This document shows, piece by piece, positions 9,663-19,858 of a stretch of DNA of 64,000 nucleotides. Position 1 is the first letter of the stretch. Each line of letters opens with the position of its first letter. Origin of the DNA: a phage; assembly GCA_012557565.1 (NCBI GenBank), contig GCA_012557565.1_3926.1. One strand, 5' to 3'. Under the pieces are notes generated by a model, which made no database searches, was not told the DNA's origin, and worked only from the letters and a program-made list of their open reading frames with translations. The position numbers were made by a program, and so were the translations under genes.

Positions 9663-11897
9663 ATGATTACTACTATTCGCAAATCAGACGGTACAATCGT
9701 ACCATTCGAACCAGAACGTTTAAATAAATGGGCTTCATGGGCTGACAAGAGAGGAATTATCTGGTCAGAGGTTGTAATGGAAGCTATGAAGCGTGTCTAT
9801 GAAGGTTGCACAACGAAAGAAATGCACCAAGCTATGATTGACGTTTGTATTGATAAGCAAACTCAAGAGTACTCTGATATGGCTGGGAGGCTACTTCTTG
9901 GCATTATCTACAAAGAAGCTTTTGGTGGATTTACAAAGGTTCCTCAGTTACTTCCATTTGTGATGAAGATGGAGCAGATGGGACTTTGGGAACACATGGA
10001 TTACACACCTGAAGAGATTGACTACTTACAAGGTCACATCGTACATTCGAAAGATATCTCTTATGGGTATGCAGTGCTGAAGCAGTTCCGTGATAAGTAT
10101 GGAATCCGTGACATTAAAAGTGGTAAGCTGTTTGAGTCTCCACAGTTTATGTTCATGGGTATGGCTATGAAAGCCTTTGAAAGACAGCCTAAACAGCGTC
10201 GTTTAGATGATGTTATTAAGCTCTACACATATCTATCTGACCTGAAGATTAATGCTCCTACACCGTATCTGAATGGTCTGAGAGCTACAAAATCTGGCTA
10301 TGCTTCATGCTGCCTAATTAAAGCAAACGATACTGCTGAATCTCTTGGCATTGCTACAAAAGTAGCTTATGACATGACAACTAAGCAAGCAGGTATTGGT
10401 ATGCTGATGGAGACCAGAACAATTGGTGATGGAATCCGACAAAACACTATTGAGCATATGGGAAAACTCCCTTATTACAAGCTTGTACGTGCTGCTGTAG
10501 AAGCTAATAAGCAGAAGAGTCGTGGTGGTTCAGCTAATAACTTCTTCACTGCATTAGACCCACAGATTGAGGATTTGCTACGCTTGAAGCACCCTACAAC
10601 GGTTCCTGCAAAGCGTATTAATGAAATGGATTACTCATTTGGTGCAAATGATTACTTCTGGCAATGTGTACAGTACGATACAGATTGGTTGCTATTCTCT
10701 TACAAAGACGCACCAAGACTGTATGACATGTTCTACACAGCAAGTGCTGATGAATTTGCTATGGCAGTAGGTCACGCAGTTCATACAGGTGTTAAACATA
10801 AACGTGTAAAGGCTCGTGAAGTTGCCAAGTTGTTTATTCAGCAACGTTATGCTACAGGACGTGTTTACCCGTTCTTTACTAACAACGCAAACTATCATAC
10901 ACCTTTCAAAGAGCCTTTGAAAATGTCAAACCTGTGTATGGAGATTGTCTTACCAGTTCACGGTTTTGAGGATGAAAGAGACCTGTATAGCTACACAGCC
11001 AAGAAAGAAGATGGTGAAGTTGCTCTTTGCTTCCTAGCTAGTTTGGTTGCAGGGAGAATCACAGAAGATGAATACGCTGACGTTGCTTATTATGCTCTTG
11101 CAATGGTTGACTCCGTTATTGACCTTATGGATTATCCGTATCCGTCAATGCGTAACCATGTTCAGAAACGTCGTTCTGTTGGTATTGGTCTTACTAATGT
11201 GGCTCATTACCTTGCGAAGAACTATGTGAATTATTCATCAAGGGCTGGTAAAACTAAACTTCATGAGTTGGCTGAGATGCACTCTTACTTCTTGCATGAA
11301 GCATCTTTAAGACTTGCAAAAGAACGTGGTGTCCCAGAGTACATGCAGTTTACTAAGTACCCTGATGGTTGGGTTCCACCTAAGACTGCTAACAAGAAAA
11401 TTGATGAGAAGCACGATGCAAAACTTCGTTATGATTGGGATGACCTGTCACATCGAATTAAAGAAAATGGAGGTATCCGTAACTCTGTGTTAGAGGCTTA
11501 CATGCCTAATGAGAGTTCTTCTCTGGCAACTAACACGACAAACGGTCTGTACCCTATTCGTGACTTTATCTTAACTAAGAAGTCTGCAACTGGTAACGTT
11601 CTTTTTATTGTGCCTGATTATGAAGAGTTGAAGTATGTATATGAAATTGCTTGGGATATTGACACATTTGATATGATTGATTGCTATGCAATTGTTCAAA
11701 AATTCACTGGTCAAGCTATCTCTTCAGATTTCTATGTTGACTACTCGAAGTCTAAGAAGGTATCATTAGAGCAAGCTTTGAAGTACATGATTTATGCAAA
11801 CCTTGTTGGTTTGAAAACTATGTACTACCTTAACAGTCGTATCGGTGTTGGTAAATCAGCACTACAAGATGCCTACTGTGAGGGTTGTGGAGTTTAA
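9663..11897 (+). CDS. nrdA: ribonucleotide reductase class Ia large subunit
   Basis: 744 aa; ATP-cone-like N-terminus, NLCMEIVLP active-site block, C-terminal Cys pair (YCEGCGV). Confidence 0.9.
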   Translation: MITTIRKSDGTIVPFEPERLNKWASWADKRGIIWSEVVMEAMKRVYEGCTTKEMHQAMIDVCIDKQTQEYSDMAGRLLLGIIYKEAFGGFTKVPQLLPFVMKMEQMGLWEHMDYTPEEIDYLQGHIVHSKDISYGYAVLKQFRDKYGIRDIKSGKLFESPQFMFMGMAMKAFERQPKQRRLDDVIKLYTYLSDLKINAPTPYLNGLRATKSGYASCCLIKANDTAESLGIATKVAYDMTTKQAGIGMLMETRTIGDGIRQNTIEHMGKLPYYKLVRAAVEANKQKSRGGSANNFFTALDPQIEDLLRLKHPTTVPAKRINEMDYSFGANDYFWQCVQYDTDWLLFSYKDAPRLYDMFYTASADEFAMAVGHAVHTGVKHKRVKAREVAKLFIQQRYATGRVYPFFTNNANYHTPFKEPLKMSNLCMEIVLPVHGFEDERDLYSYTAKKEDGEVALCFLASLVAGRITEDEYADVAYYALAMVDSVIDLMDYPYPSMRNHVQKRRSVGIGLTNVAHYLAKNYVNYSSRAGKTKLHELAEMHSYFLHEASLRLAKERGVPEYMQFTKYPDGWVPPKTANKKIDEKHDAKLRYDWDDLSHRIKENGGIRNSVLEAYMPNESSSLATNTTNGLYPIRDFILTKKSATGNVLFIVPDYEELKYVYEIAWDIDTFDMIDCYAIVQKFTGQAISSDFYVDYSKSKKVSLEQALKYMIYANLVGLKTMYYLNSRIGVGKSALQDAYCEGCGV

Positions 11898-11904
11898 TTA
11901 AACA

Positions 11905-11925
11905 GGGGGCTGCAAAGCCCCTTTT
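11905..11925 (+). terminator. rho-independent terminator (weak T-run)
   Basis: GGGGC-tgcaaa-GCCCC then TTTT. Confidence 0.5.
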
Positions 11926-11934
11926 GGAGAAACC

Positions 11935-12210
11935 ATGTTAGAACTCATTCAAGATGCAAGGAACAGAGAACCAAACTGTGCTTTGTATCTGTATTATATT
12001 CCAAGAGAGTCTCTATATTATATTGCAGACTATCACCTGAAAGTTAAAATGCCAGATGGTTCTTGGAAAGAGCATCTTCGTTACATTGATTGCTTCAACC
12101 CAAGCAACACTTATGCAAGGTCTGTTGATATGTTTAAAGTTGACCGTTGGCAAGTTTTAACAGCGTCAGAAACCAGAGAATTTTATGAAACAGGAAACCT
12201 ACCATTATGA
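11935..12210 (+). CDS. hypothetical protein between nrdA and nrdB
   Basis: 91-aa ORF. Confidence 0.45.
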   Translation: MLELIQDARNREPNCALYLYYIPRESLYYIADYHLKVKMPDGSWKEHLRYIDCFNPSNTYARSVDMFKVDRWQVLTASETREFYETGNLPL

Positions 12211-13280
12211 TTAACCAACATCCAATCTTTTTAGGTGGTGAGCGAAAAACTTTTGACTCACTCAACAAACACTATCCAAAAATCTTTGAACTGTACAAAC
12301 AGCAGAAAGCACAAGACTGGTCTGAAGATGAGTTCCCGTTTGAGCAGTCACGATTAGACTTTGAAAGCGTTCCAGAATCAATGTCTGGTGTAATGCTTGA
12401 GATTCTTAAGTGGCAGTGGGAAGCTGATACACAGGTTGCTAAAAGTTTAGCATTTGCTTTTGCACCGTTCATCTCTGATGATATCTACGCAACGGCAATT
12501 ATGAAGCAATCTGAGATTGAGAACCTCCATGCCTTGACTTATTCAGAGATTGTTCGTCAGTGTATTAAGAATCCTGAAACAATCCTTGACGAGATTAACC
12601 AGAATACTGCTGTACAAGACCGCCTGAAGACTGTGAACAGAGCACTGGAAGAACTACTTGACGAGGGTATCAACTATCGCCTAGGTTATGTTCGTGACTC
12701 ACTGCTTGAGAAAGACCCTTTGCACTTCCACAAAGTGATTTTGAAAGGTCTCTTTGCAGTAACAGCCTTGGAAGGTGTATCCTTTATGGCATCCTTTGCA
12801 TGTACCTTTGCACTTGATGCACAAGATAAGTTCCAAGGTATTGCTCAGGCAGTACAGAAAATTATGCTTGATGAAATCCTTCACACGAAGATTGACATTG
12901 AAGCACTGAAAGAAACTTTGAAAGATGAAGAGTGGCAAGAAGCTTTCCGTCAGGTTCTCCCAGAAATCAAAGTAATTCTTGATGAAGTAGTTGAAAGTGA
13001 AGAGAAATGGTCTTATTATATTTTCTCTGAAGGACGTGCTGTTGTAGGGTTAAATACAAAACTTCTTCACGAATGGGTTTACTACAACGCCGCTCCATTG
13101 TATGATATGTTTGGTATTCCAAGAGACTTTGTAGCTCCTAAAGAACCACCTTTGAAATATATGATTAAGAAGATGGAAATTGATAAAGAGCAAAACGCTA
13201 ACCAAGAACAACAAAATGGTGCGTACCTTTTGAATACCGTTGTTGATGATTTAAATTCAGGATTTTTAGAGGTTCCTTAA
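12207..13280 (+). CDS. nrdB: ribonucleotide reductase class Ia small subunit
   Basis: 357 aa directly downstream of nrdA; ferritin-like carboxylate/His pattern (EILHTK block); C-terminal tail. Confidence 0.85.
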   Translation: MINQHPIFLGGERKTFDSLNKHYPKIFELYKQQKAQDWSEDEFPFEQSRLDFESVPESMSGVMLEILKWQWEADTQVAKSLAFAFAPFISDDIYATAIMKQSEIENLHALTYSEIVRQCIKNPETILDEINQNTAVQDRLKTVNRALEELLDEGINYRLGYVRDSLLEKDPLHFHKVILKGLFAVTALEGVSFMASFACTFALDAQDKFQGIAQAVQKIMLDEILHTKIDIEALKETLKDEEWQEAFRQVLPEIKVILDEVVESEEKWSYYIFSEGRAVVGLNTKLLHEWVYYNAAPLYDMFGIPRDFVAPKEPPLKYMIKKMEIDKEQNANQEQQNGAYLLNTVVDDLNSGFLEVP

Positions 13281-13522
13281 TGACTTATGTAATTTACTCA
13301 AAAGATGGATGCCCACAGTGTGTGACTGCTAAGAACTTTGCTCAGGCTCGTGGCTTAGACCATGTTGTTAGAATGCTTGGGAAAGATTATGAGCTAAGTG
13401 ACCTTATGGGTATTTCAAAAGTTCCTGTTCGTCAGATGCCTTTCATTATGAAGGTTGAAGATAATGAAATGAAAACAGTTGGAACACTACAAAACTTCAT
13501 GGCAGAGGTGAATAATGCTTAA
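13280..13522 (+). CDS. glutaredoxin/NrdH-like redoxin
   Basis: 80 aa with CPQC active-site motif near N-terminus; start overlaps nrdB stop. Confidence 0.65.
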   Translation: MTYVIYSKDGCPQCVTAKNFAQARGLDHVVRMLGKDYELSDLMGISKVPVRQMPFIMKVEDNEMKTVGTLQNFMAEVNNA

Positions 13523-13715
13523 ACGTTTATGGGATGGTTTTGTTGAAGATGCACCGATGATTGCTCTTGCATTCATGGTTACTAGCCTGTTTACTGATTT
13601 AAAACAAGGTGTCCTCTTCGGAGCTATGCTAGTATGGGTTATCTTTGAGATATTAGATATCAAACATGATTTGAGTGGAAAGCTTAAAAAGCTTATTGAA
13701 AAGTTTTCTAAGTAG
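13515..13715 (+). CDS. small hydrophobic hypothetical protein
   Basis: 66-aa ORF with hydrophobic segments. Confidence 0.4.
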   Translation: MLKRLWDGFVEDAPMIALAFMVTSLFTDLKQGVLFGAMLVWVIFEILDIKHDLSGKLKKLIEKFSK

Positions 13716-13726
13716 AATTAATATAA

Positions 13727-13749
13727 GGGTCTCTTCGGAGACCTTTTTT
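13727..13749 (+). terminator. rho-independent terminator
   Basis: GGTCTC-TTCG-GAGACC then TTTTTT; same hairpin sequence as at 9619. Confidence 0.75.
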
Positions 13750-13764
13750 GTATTAGGAGTCAGA

Positions 13765-15906
13765 ATGGTTAAAGTACAAATTATTAAGAAAGACGGTTCA
13801 CTGGAAAAACCAAATGTAAATAAAATCGTCGAAGCAGTTACCAAGTCAGCTAATAGAGTTGGCTACAAAGAGTTACCACTAGAAGTTATCCACGCTCTTG
13901 AATCAGCCTTTATGAGACTGCTTGTCAGAGCAACTAATCAGAATGCTATGCTCATCTCTGTAGATGATGTTCACAGTATTGTGGAAGGAACTCTGGCAGA
14001 GGTAAACCATGAAATCTATGAGTCATATTCAACCTACAGAAACTATCGTAAAGAGGTTGCACAGAATTGGGATGAACTTTACCAGAAAACTAAAGACACA
14101 CTCTTCTTAGGTGACCGTGAGAATGCTAACTTTGACAGTAGCTTAATCTCTACAAAAGGTTCAATCATCCGTGGGTATCTGACAAAAGAAATCTTTAAGC
14201 AGTATCACTTGACACCAGAAGAAGCAAGTGCTATTGAAGATGGATTCATTTATATCCATGACCTGAGAGATTTAATCTTCGGTGGTATTAACTGTTGCTT
14301 GTTTGACATTGGAAGTGTCTTGAAAGGTGGTTTTGAAATGTCCGGCATCGAATACTGTGAACCAAAGTCTGTACTTTCAGCTTTACAGGTTATTGGTGAC
14401 GTTGTACTCTCAGCAACTGCACAGCAGTTTGGTGGGTTCACTATCCCAGAGATTGACAAGGTTCTTGTGCCATATGCTAAGAAGTCTTTTGAATATCATC
14501 TGGAGAAAGCAAAGCAATACAATATCCCAAGTAAAGAAGTATACCACTATGCTAAAGAGCAACTACAGATTGAGCTGACACAAGGTTTTCAATCTCTGGA
14601 AATGAAGTTGAACACTGTTCCATGTAGTCGTGGTGACTTTGCATTCACAACTCTAACATTTGGTTTACTTGAACCAGACATGGCTAGTGAAGATAATCGT
14701 TTGCAATTTATGATTGCTAAGACTATCCTAGATGTTAGAATGAATGGACAAGGGAAATCTAAGAAGCCTGTTGTGTTCCCTAAATTGGTTTACATCTACG
14801 ATGAAACAAGACATATGTTAGACCCTTGGCAGGGACAACTTTATGATAAAGCTATTGAGTGTTGCTCTAAAGCTATGTATCCAGACTTCTTAAGTGTGTC
14901 TGGTCATGGTTCTGTTGCAGAAGCTTTTGAACGTTCAGGTGCAGTTATCTCTCCAATGGGTTGTAGGGCTTTCTTATCTCCTTACTATGATGAGGAAGGT
15001 AAAGAGTTCTACACAGGTAGAGCAAACATCGGTGCAGTGTCTCTTAATCTGCCGATGATTTACAAGTACTCTGAAGAGAATGGTTTAGACTTCTGGAAAG
15101 AGCTTGACAAATACCTTGAAATGATTCGAAGCTTCCATAAGAAGCGATATGAGATGATTGCTAATATGCCAGCAAGTTCTAACCCTTTAGCTTTCACACA
15201 AGGTGGATTGTATAAAGGACATAAGAAGCCAACTGATAAGATTGGTTGGGATACTGTTAAGTCTTTTACAGCATCTTTTGGCGTGACTGCATTAGATGAA
15301 TTAACAGTGCTTGCTCAAGGTAGAAGATTGCATGAGTCTGATGGTGATATTGCAAGCAAGGTTTTAAGCTATCTGAATAGCAAGCTGGAGCAGTTTAAGC
15401 AGGAAGACGGCTTCCTGTATGCACTTTATGGTACACCTGCTGAGAGTCTTTGTGGTACGCAATTGAAGCAGTTTAGAAATATGTTCGGAGTTGTTAAAGG
15501 TGTTTCTGATAAAGAATACTTCACAAACAGTTTCCACATGAATGTTGGTGCAGACATTACACCGTTTGAAAAGCAAGACTTAGAAGAACCTTTCTTCCAC
15601 TCTTGTAATGGTGGTCATATCCAGTACGTTCGTATTGCTAACCCAGAGAACCATAAAGCTATCAGGGCTTGTGTGACAAGAGGTATGGGTAAAGGTTTCT
15701 ATCAAGGTGTCAACTTTGATTTAGCAATCTGTGAAAATTGTGGTCACCGTCCAAGTGCAGATGTTGAATTATGCCCTAAGTGCAACTCACACGATATCTC
15801 TGTGATTAACCGTGTTTGTGGTTATCTTGGCTGGACTAAGATTAAAGGCACTTCCAGAATGAACGATGCAAAAATTGCTGAGATTCAGGATAGAAAATCT
15901 ATGTAA
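13765..15906 (+). CDS. nrdD: anaerobic ribonucleotide reductase (class III)
   Basis: C-terminal CPKCNSHD ... RVCGYLGW glycyl-radical/zinc motif; start moved to ATG 13765 (after terminator, AGGAG upstream) from track 13675. Confidence 0.85.
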   Translation: MVKVQIIKKDGSLEKPNVNKIVEAVTKSANRVGYKELPLEVIHALESAFMRLLVRATNQNAMLISVDDVHSIVEGTLAEVNHEIYESYSTYRNYRKEVAQNWDELYQKTKDTLFLGDRENANFDSSLISTKGSIIRGYLTKEIFKQYHLTPEEASAIEDGFIYIHDLRDLIFGGINCCLFDIGSVLKGGFEMSGIEYCEPKSVLSALQVIGDVVLSATAQQFGGFTIPEIDKVLVPYAKKSFEYHLEKAKQYNIPSKEVYHYAKEQLQIELTQGFQSLEMKLNTVPCSRGDFAFTTLTFGLLEPDMASEDNRLQFMIAKTILDVRMNGQGKSKKPVVFPKLVYIYDETRHMLDPWQGQLYDKAIECCSKAMYPDFLSVSGHGSVAEAFERSGAVISPMGCRAFLSPYYDEEGKEFYTGRANIGAVSLNLPMIYKYSEENGLDFWKELDKYLEMIRSFHKKRYEMIANMPASSNPLAFTQGGLYKGHKKPTDKIGWDTVKSFTASFGVTALDELTVLAQGRRLHESDGDIASKVLSYLNSKLEQFKQEDGFLYALYGTPAESLCGTQLKQFRNMFGVVKGVSDKEYFTNSFHMNVGADITPFEKQDLEEPFFHSCNGGHIQYVRIANPENHKAIRACVTRGMGKGFYQGVNFDLAICENCGHRPSADVELCPKCNSHDISVINRVCGYLGWTKIKGTSRMNDAKIAEIQDRKSM

Positions 15907-15975
15907 GTAGTTGACAAGGTGGTGTAGGTCTTGATAGGCTTGCATCACCTTTTTATTGGAGCAGAGTATTAAAAT

Positions 15976-16239
15976 ATGAGTTACGATTTTTGGCCTAAAT
16001 TTTGGTTATGGTTCCTTGGAATTGCATTAGCAATCATGGTTGGATTACTCATATATGACACTTATCAAACAAGAATTTGGATGAATGCAAACAATTGTCA
16101 GCAAACATCACAAAGTAGAGAATACATGTACTACATGACAGTAATCTCAGGGAATACGACAATTGTTGTTCCTCAAATTGGTACAGAGTACCTATATACT
16201 TGTGACAATAACCAAACTATATGGTGGTATGGCGAATGA
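15976..16239 (+). CDS. hypothetical membrane protein
   Basis: 87 aa, N-terminal hydrophobic helix. Confidence 0.4.
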   Translation: MSYDFWPKFWLWFLGIALAIMVGLLIYDTYQTRIWMNANNCQQTSQSREYMYYMTVISGNTTIVVPQIGTEYLYTCDNNQTIWWYGE

Positions 16240-16329
16240 TTAAGACATTCTTATTAGTTACCTTAGTAGGTTCTGTTCTACTAGGCTTTTTGTTAGGTCT
16301 TTTATACAACACATTGAAAGGAAAGAAAG

Positions 16330-16722
16330 ATGACTAAATTAAATAAAGCTCAGAGAGATTGGCTTAAAGATTATGCTTTAGAGTGCGGTTCTTGTGAGAA
16401 GACTCACAGAAAATACTCAGAGTTTTACCTCACTTGTACACTGATGATTGATGAAGCTGTCATTGGTGAATCTGAGGAAGAAGGTATTAGTATCCCTCCA
16501 TCACTATGTGGTAAAGTTTTGGTAGCAACTGGTACATGGTCAGACTCATATGGCACAGAGATTGGTGACCTATCCTTCTACAGCATTGAACAAACGATGA
16601 ATCCAAAGTATGTTGCTCTGATGACTCGTGCTCAGGAAGATGAACTCCTTCAGGAATTTATTAAAGAACACTGTGAAGAGTACGTCACAAAACATGTAAG
16701 GTTTGAAGTTGAGGTGATTTAA
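16330..16722 (+). CDS. hypothetical protein
   Basis: 130-aa ORF. Confidence 0.5.
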   Translation: MTKLNKAQRDWLKDYALECGSCEKTHRKYSEFYLTCTLMIDEAVIGESEEEGISIPPSLCGKVLVATGTWSDSYGTEIGDLSFYSIEQTMNPKYVALMTRAQEDELLQEFIKEHCEEYVTKHVRFEVEVI

Positions 16723-17207
16723 TGAATTACATGGAAATACGAAAATTCGATACAGCAAACGGTGAAGGTGCTCGTGTTAGTCTTTTTGTAGCTGGCTGCA
16801 AACACCACTGTGAAGGATGCTTTAACAGGGAGTCTTGGAAGTTTAATGCTGGTAAAGAGTTTACTTATGCAAACCTTTATGGCATCATGCAACTAATGAA
16901 CGATGATGCTATCAGTGGATTCTCTATATTAGGTGGAGAACCTCTTGATGACCGAAACGTACAGGAAGTGACAAATATCTGTAAGCGGATTAAGACTGTC
17001 TATCCAGATAAAACTATATGGTTGTGGACAGGTTACCAGCTACATGAAAAAATTCACTTAGAAGTGATGAAATATGTTGACGTGGTAGTAGATGGTAAGT
17101 ATGATGCTTCTAAACCGACACACAAACCGTATCGTGGGTCTGACAATCAAATACTGTGGAGAAAAGAGTATGGCTGGCAAGGTGACTGTCAATGGAGAGC
17201 AGAGTAG
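16722..17207 (+). CDS. nrdG: anaerobic RNR activating protein (radical SAM)
   Basis: N-terminal GCKHHCEGC cysteine cluster typical of NrdG-type activases; adjacent to nrdD. Confidence 0.8.
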   Translation: MNYMEIRKFDTANGEGARVSLFVAGCKHHCEGCFNRESWKFNAGKEFTYANLYGIMQLMNDDAISGFSILGGEPLDDRNVQEVTNICKRIKTVYPDKTIWLWTGYQLHEKIHLEVMKYVDVVVDGKYDASKPTHKPYRGSDNQILWRKEYGWQGDCQWRAE

Positions 17208-17448
17208 CTATTCAGGTAAGTGGACTTATAACATCAATTCACTTGACGAGTGGATGGTGAAAACTCATGAAAAGTTTGGAGAAAGTGGCTTAACAGCTTT
17301 AGCTGCGCTTGTTAAGCAGGTTACATTCACAGTTGATGAAAAATCAACGCTTGGTGATGGACAAATGCTTTTCACAGATGTAACATATGACAATGTTACG
17401 GTTATCATAGAAAAAGAAGAACTAGACCAGTTCTGTATTAAACTTTAA
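17171..17448 (+). CDS. hypothetical protein
   Basis: Track ORF 17092-17448 trimmed to internal ATG 17171 with GGAG upstream. Confidence 0.4.
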
Positions 17449-17463
17449 AAGAGAGATATTAAA

Positions 17464-17721
17464 ATGGGAATTTTTTCAAACATGAAAGCAGGTTTCTTAG
17501 CGGCTCTGGCGAAAGCAGCAGCTATCGTTTCAATGACTGGTAAACAAGTTGGTGTAGATGCTTCAGCGGTTGCACAGGTTCTTGCAAGTCAGATTGAACA
17601 GCAACCTTACATCCATGTTGGACGTGGTAAAGGTGGTAAGAAGCAAGCTCATCGCCAAACTGGTGCAGCAGCAATTAAACGTGCAGCTAAAAAAGCTCGC
17701 AACCGCAAACGTAGCAAGTAA
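17464..17721 (+). CDS. hypothetical protein, basic C-terminus
   Basis: 85-aa ORF. Confidence 0.45.
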   Translation: MGIFSNMKAGFLAALAKAAAIVSMTGKQVGVDASAVAQVLASQIEQQPYIHVGRGKGGKKQAHRQTGAAAIKRAAKKARNRKRSK

Positions 17722-17732
17722 GGATTATTAAA

Positions 17733-18044
17733 ATGGAAAAGATTTATAACACTCGTAAAATTCAGATTTCTATCCTGTGCCAGTTTATGGCTGATAAACA
17801 CAACTCCCACTATTGTGGTACAGGTTTCCTTACTTTAGGTGGTGGCTACATTAGCTTTAAAGAAGCTGTGAAGATGTACAACGAGCACCCTGAAGATGAC
17901 AAAGAGTTGAAACAACTGAAGCTTACTTATGACAAGAAGCGTAAGAAAATTGTATGCTTGAACAACCTTATCAAGCCAACTGAAAACGTTTATGATGCAA
18001 TTGGTGAGGAAGGTTTCTTAAAAGTCTTGAAAATAGCTCAGTAA
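17733..18044 (+). CDS. hypothetical protein
   Basis: 103-aa ORF. Confidence 0.5.
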   Translation: MEKIYNTRKIQISILCQFMADKHNSHYCGTGFLTLGGGYISFKEAVKMYNEHPEDDKELKQLKLTYDKKRKKIVCLNNLIKPTENVYDAIGEEGFLKVLKIAQ

Positions 18045-18057
18045 ACGTATATGATTA

Positions 18058-18084
18058 GGGAACTGTAAAAGGTTCCCTTTTTTA
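18058..18084 (+). terminator. rho-independent terminator
   Basis: GGGAAC-loop-GTTCCC then TTTTTT. Confidence 0.7.
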
Positions 18085-18097
18085 TTTTGGAGAAATC

Positions 18098-18613
18098 ATG
18101 TACCATTCAAATATGAAACGTGCTGCTGCAATGTCTGTTCTTCGTCTTGATTTTGATGAGCGTCAAGAGTTCATCGAGTCACATAAGTATGACCCTTCAA
18201 ATTCTAATCACATGGTGCTTTGGAATCGTGGTAAGTTCCGTGATAGTGCCTTGTTCCAGTACTACCCTCATTACACTATTGACAACCTCTATGAATACTG
18301 CGTTGTCAAGAACACTATTGCAACCCTTAATAAGCTTTGTAGATATTCTGGAAAGAAAGCTTTCACATTAGGCCACCATAAGCCTGTGACAAAAGGTGGA
18401 GAGCACCATTGCTCAAACTGGTTTATCCAGACACAAGAAGATAATCAGAAGCAAGGTGAGAAACTTCCTGAGACTCCTAAGATGACTTGGGAAGAACAGA
18501 AAGCATATCTTAAAAATAATATGCCACCAATGCTTGACAGGAGCTATGCAGTTCTGGCAATATCTCTCTTGTTGAAGTTTAGGGAAGTTTATGAGGCAAC
18601 TTATTATGTCTAG
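18098..18613 (+). CDS. HNH endonuclease-like protein
   Basis: GHHKPVTKGGEHHCSNWFIQTQEDNQKQG fits the HH...GG...N...Q/N HNH pattern. Confidence 0.5.
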   Translation: MYHSNMKRAAAMSVLRLDFDERQEFIESHKYDPSNSNHMVLWNRGKFRDSALFQYYPHYTIDNLYEYCVVKNTIATLNKLCRYSGKKAFTLGHHKPVTKGGEHHCSNWFIQTQEDNQKQGEKLPETPKMTWEEQKAYLKNNMPPMLDRSYAVLAISLLLKFREVYEATYYV

Positions 18614-18884
18614 AGAACAATGGGATATCAAAGAACTTATTAGTGAAGCTGGAAACGGTAGTGAGATGTATATGATACGTGGTCACGTCCCAGATGCACT
18701 TGCTATTGAGATGATTGACCACTACTCCAACGGATTCTATAAAGAATTTGGAGAGCCAAATATTGAACGTACTTGGACAAAACCAGTACCAGATGGAACA
18801 GGTAACTGTTTAGTTATTTATCACACTGTAGACCCAAAGAAATGTAAAACAGCTATGGCTGTAACATTTGTAACTTTTGACTGA
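18591..18884 (+). CDS. hypothetical protein
   Basis: 97-aa ORF; 3' end overlaps the 21-bp repeat at 18870. Confidence 0.45.
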   Translation: MRQLIMSREQWDIKELISEAGNGSEMYMIRGHVPDALAIEMIDHYSNGFYKEFGEPNIERTWTKPVPDGTGNCLVIYHTVDPKKCKTAMAVTFVTFD

Positions 18885-18890
18885 GAGAAA
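18870..18890 (+). repeat. 21-bp direct repeat GTAACTTTTGACTGAGAGAAA, copy 1
   Basis: Identical to 19834-19854; ends 5 nt before ATG 18896. Confidence 0.85.
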
Positions 18891-18895
18891 ATATT

Positions 18896-19345
18896 ATGAT
18901 TTTTTGTAATTTACAAAAACATGTAATAGAAATTTTGTATAAAGAGTTTGGAACAGAGGGGACATTTGATTCTAATGAGGCTATTGATGTACTTCGAAAG
19001 AAAAGCCTATACATTAGAGGTCAATCAATTAATAATGCTCGTGGTTACTTGACAGCATTACGACAAACTGGTGTACTAATGACTGTAGGCCAGATAAAAA
19101 GTAAAGGTAGACTGAGCATTAACCAGTTAAATAAATCCTTCATGGAAAAGCACATCCAGCTATCACCATTATTGGATGAATCACATGAAGAACCTAAAAA
19201 TAAAGATGAGAACAAAATTGTTGACACAGACCCTGACGTAAGGTACTTTATTGAAAGTGCGATGTTTAATACCTTAGAAGAGGCTGTTGAGCATTGCAAA
19301 AAACACATCATTAAGATTAAACGTGCAAAGATTATTTGGGAATAA
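18896..19345 (+). CDS. hypothetical protein, tandem paralog A
   Basis: 149 aa; clear similarity to the next ORF (ILYKEFGTEG.FDSNEA..LR ... KIIWE). Confidence 0.6.
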   Translation: MIFCNLQKHVIEILYKEFGTEGTFDSNEAIDVLRKKSLYIRGQSINNARGYLTALRQTGVLMTVGQIKSKGRLSINQLNKSFMEKHIQLSPLLDESHEEPKNKDENKIVDTDPDVRYFIESAMFNTLEEAVEHCKKHIIKIKRAKIIWE

Positions 19346-19371
19346 TTTACACTAGCTAAAGAGACAAAGTT

Positions 19372-19821
19372 ATGATTAGCTCATTTTATGTAACGCTTGT
19401 TGAGATACTACACGAAAAGTTCGGGACTGATAAGGAATTTGATTCCAATGAAGCGGTGAAAGCTCTAAGAAGTAATTGTGATTATCTTAAGAAAATGCCG
19501 ATAGCTAATTCAAGGTATTACTTATCAGCGTTGCGTAAAGTTGGGGTTCTCGTGACTGTCAAGCATGGTAGCAAAAATGGTGGAGTTCTTTATATCAACC
19601 AGTTAAGCAAACCATTTATGGAAAATGAACCACGACTAGCAAGACTGGTTACTGGTGTAAAAGACCAAGTAAAAACTACAGAAATCCAAATAATACAAGA
19701 ACAAAACCCAAATGTTAAGTACTTTATTGGTGAGATGATGTTTGATACAATGGATGAGGCAGTTGAGTATTGTAAAAAGAACATCATTAAATTAAAAAGA
19801 AAGAAAATTATTTGGGAATAA
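19372..19821 (+). CDS. hypothetical protein, tandem paralog B
   Basis: 149 aa; paralog of 18896-19345, same C-terminal KIIWE. Confidence 0.6.
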   Translation: MISSFYVTLVEILHEKFGTDKEFDSNEAVKALRSNCDYLKKMPIANSRYYLSALRKVGVLVTVKHGSKNGGVLYINQLSKPFMENEPRLARLVTGVKDQVKTTEIQIIQEQNPNVKYFIGEMMFDTMDEAVEYCKKNIIKLKRKKIIWE

Positions 19822-19833
19822 TAATTTACAAAC

Positions 19834-19854
19834 GTAACTTTTGACTGAGAGAAA
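19834..19854 (+). repeat. 21-bp direct repeat GTAACTTTTGACTGAGAGAAA, copy 2
   Basis: Identical to 18870-18890; ends 4 nt before ATG 19859. Confidence 0.85.
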
Positions 19855-19858
19855 TACT

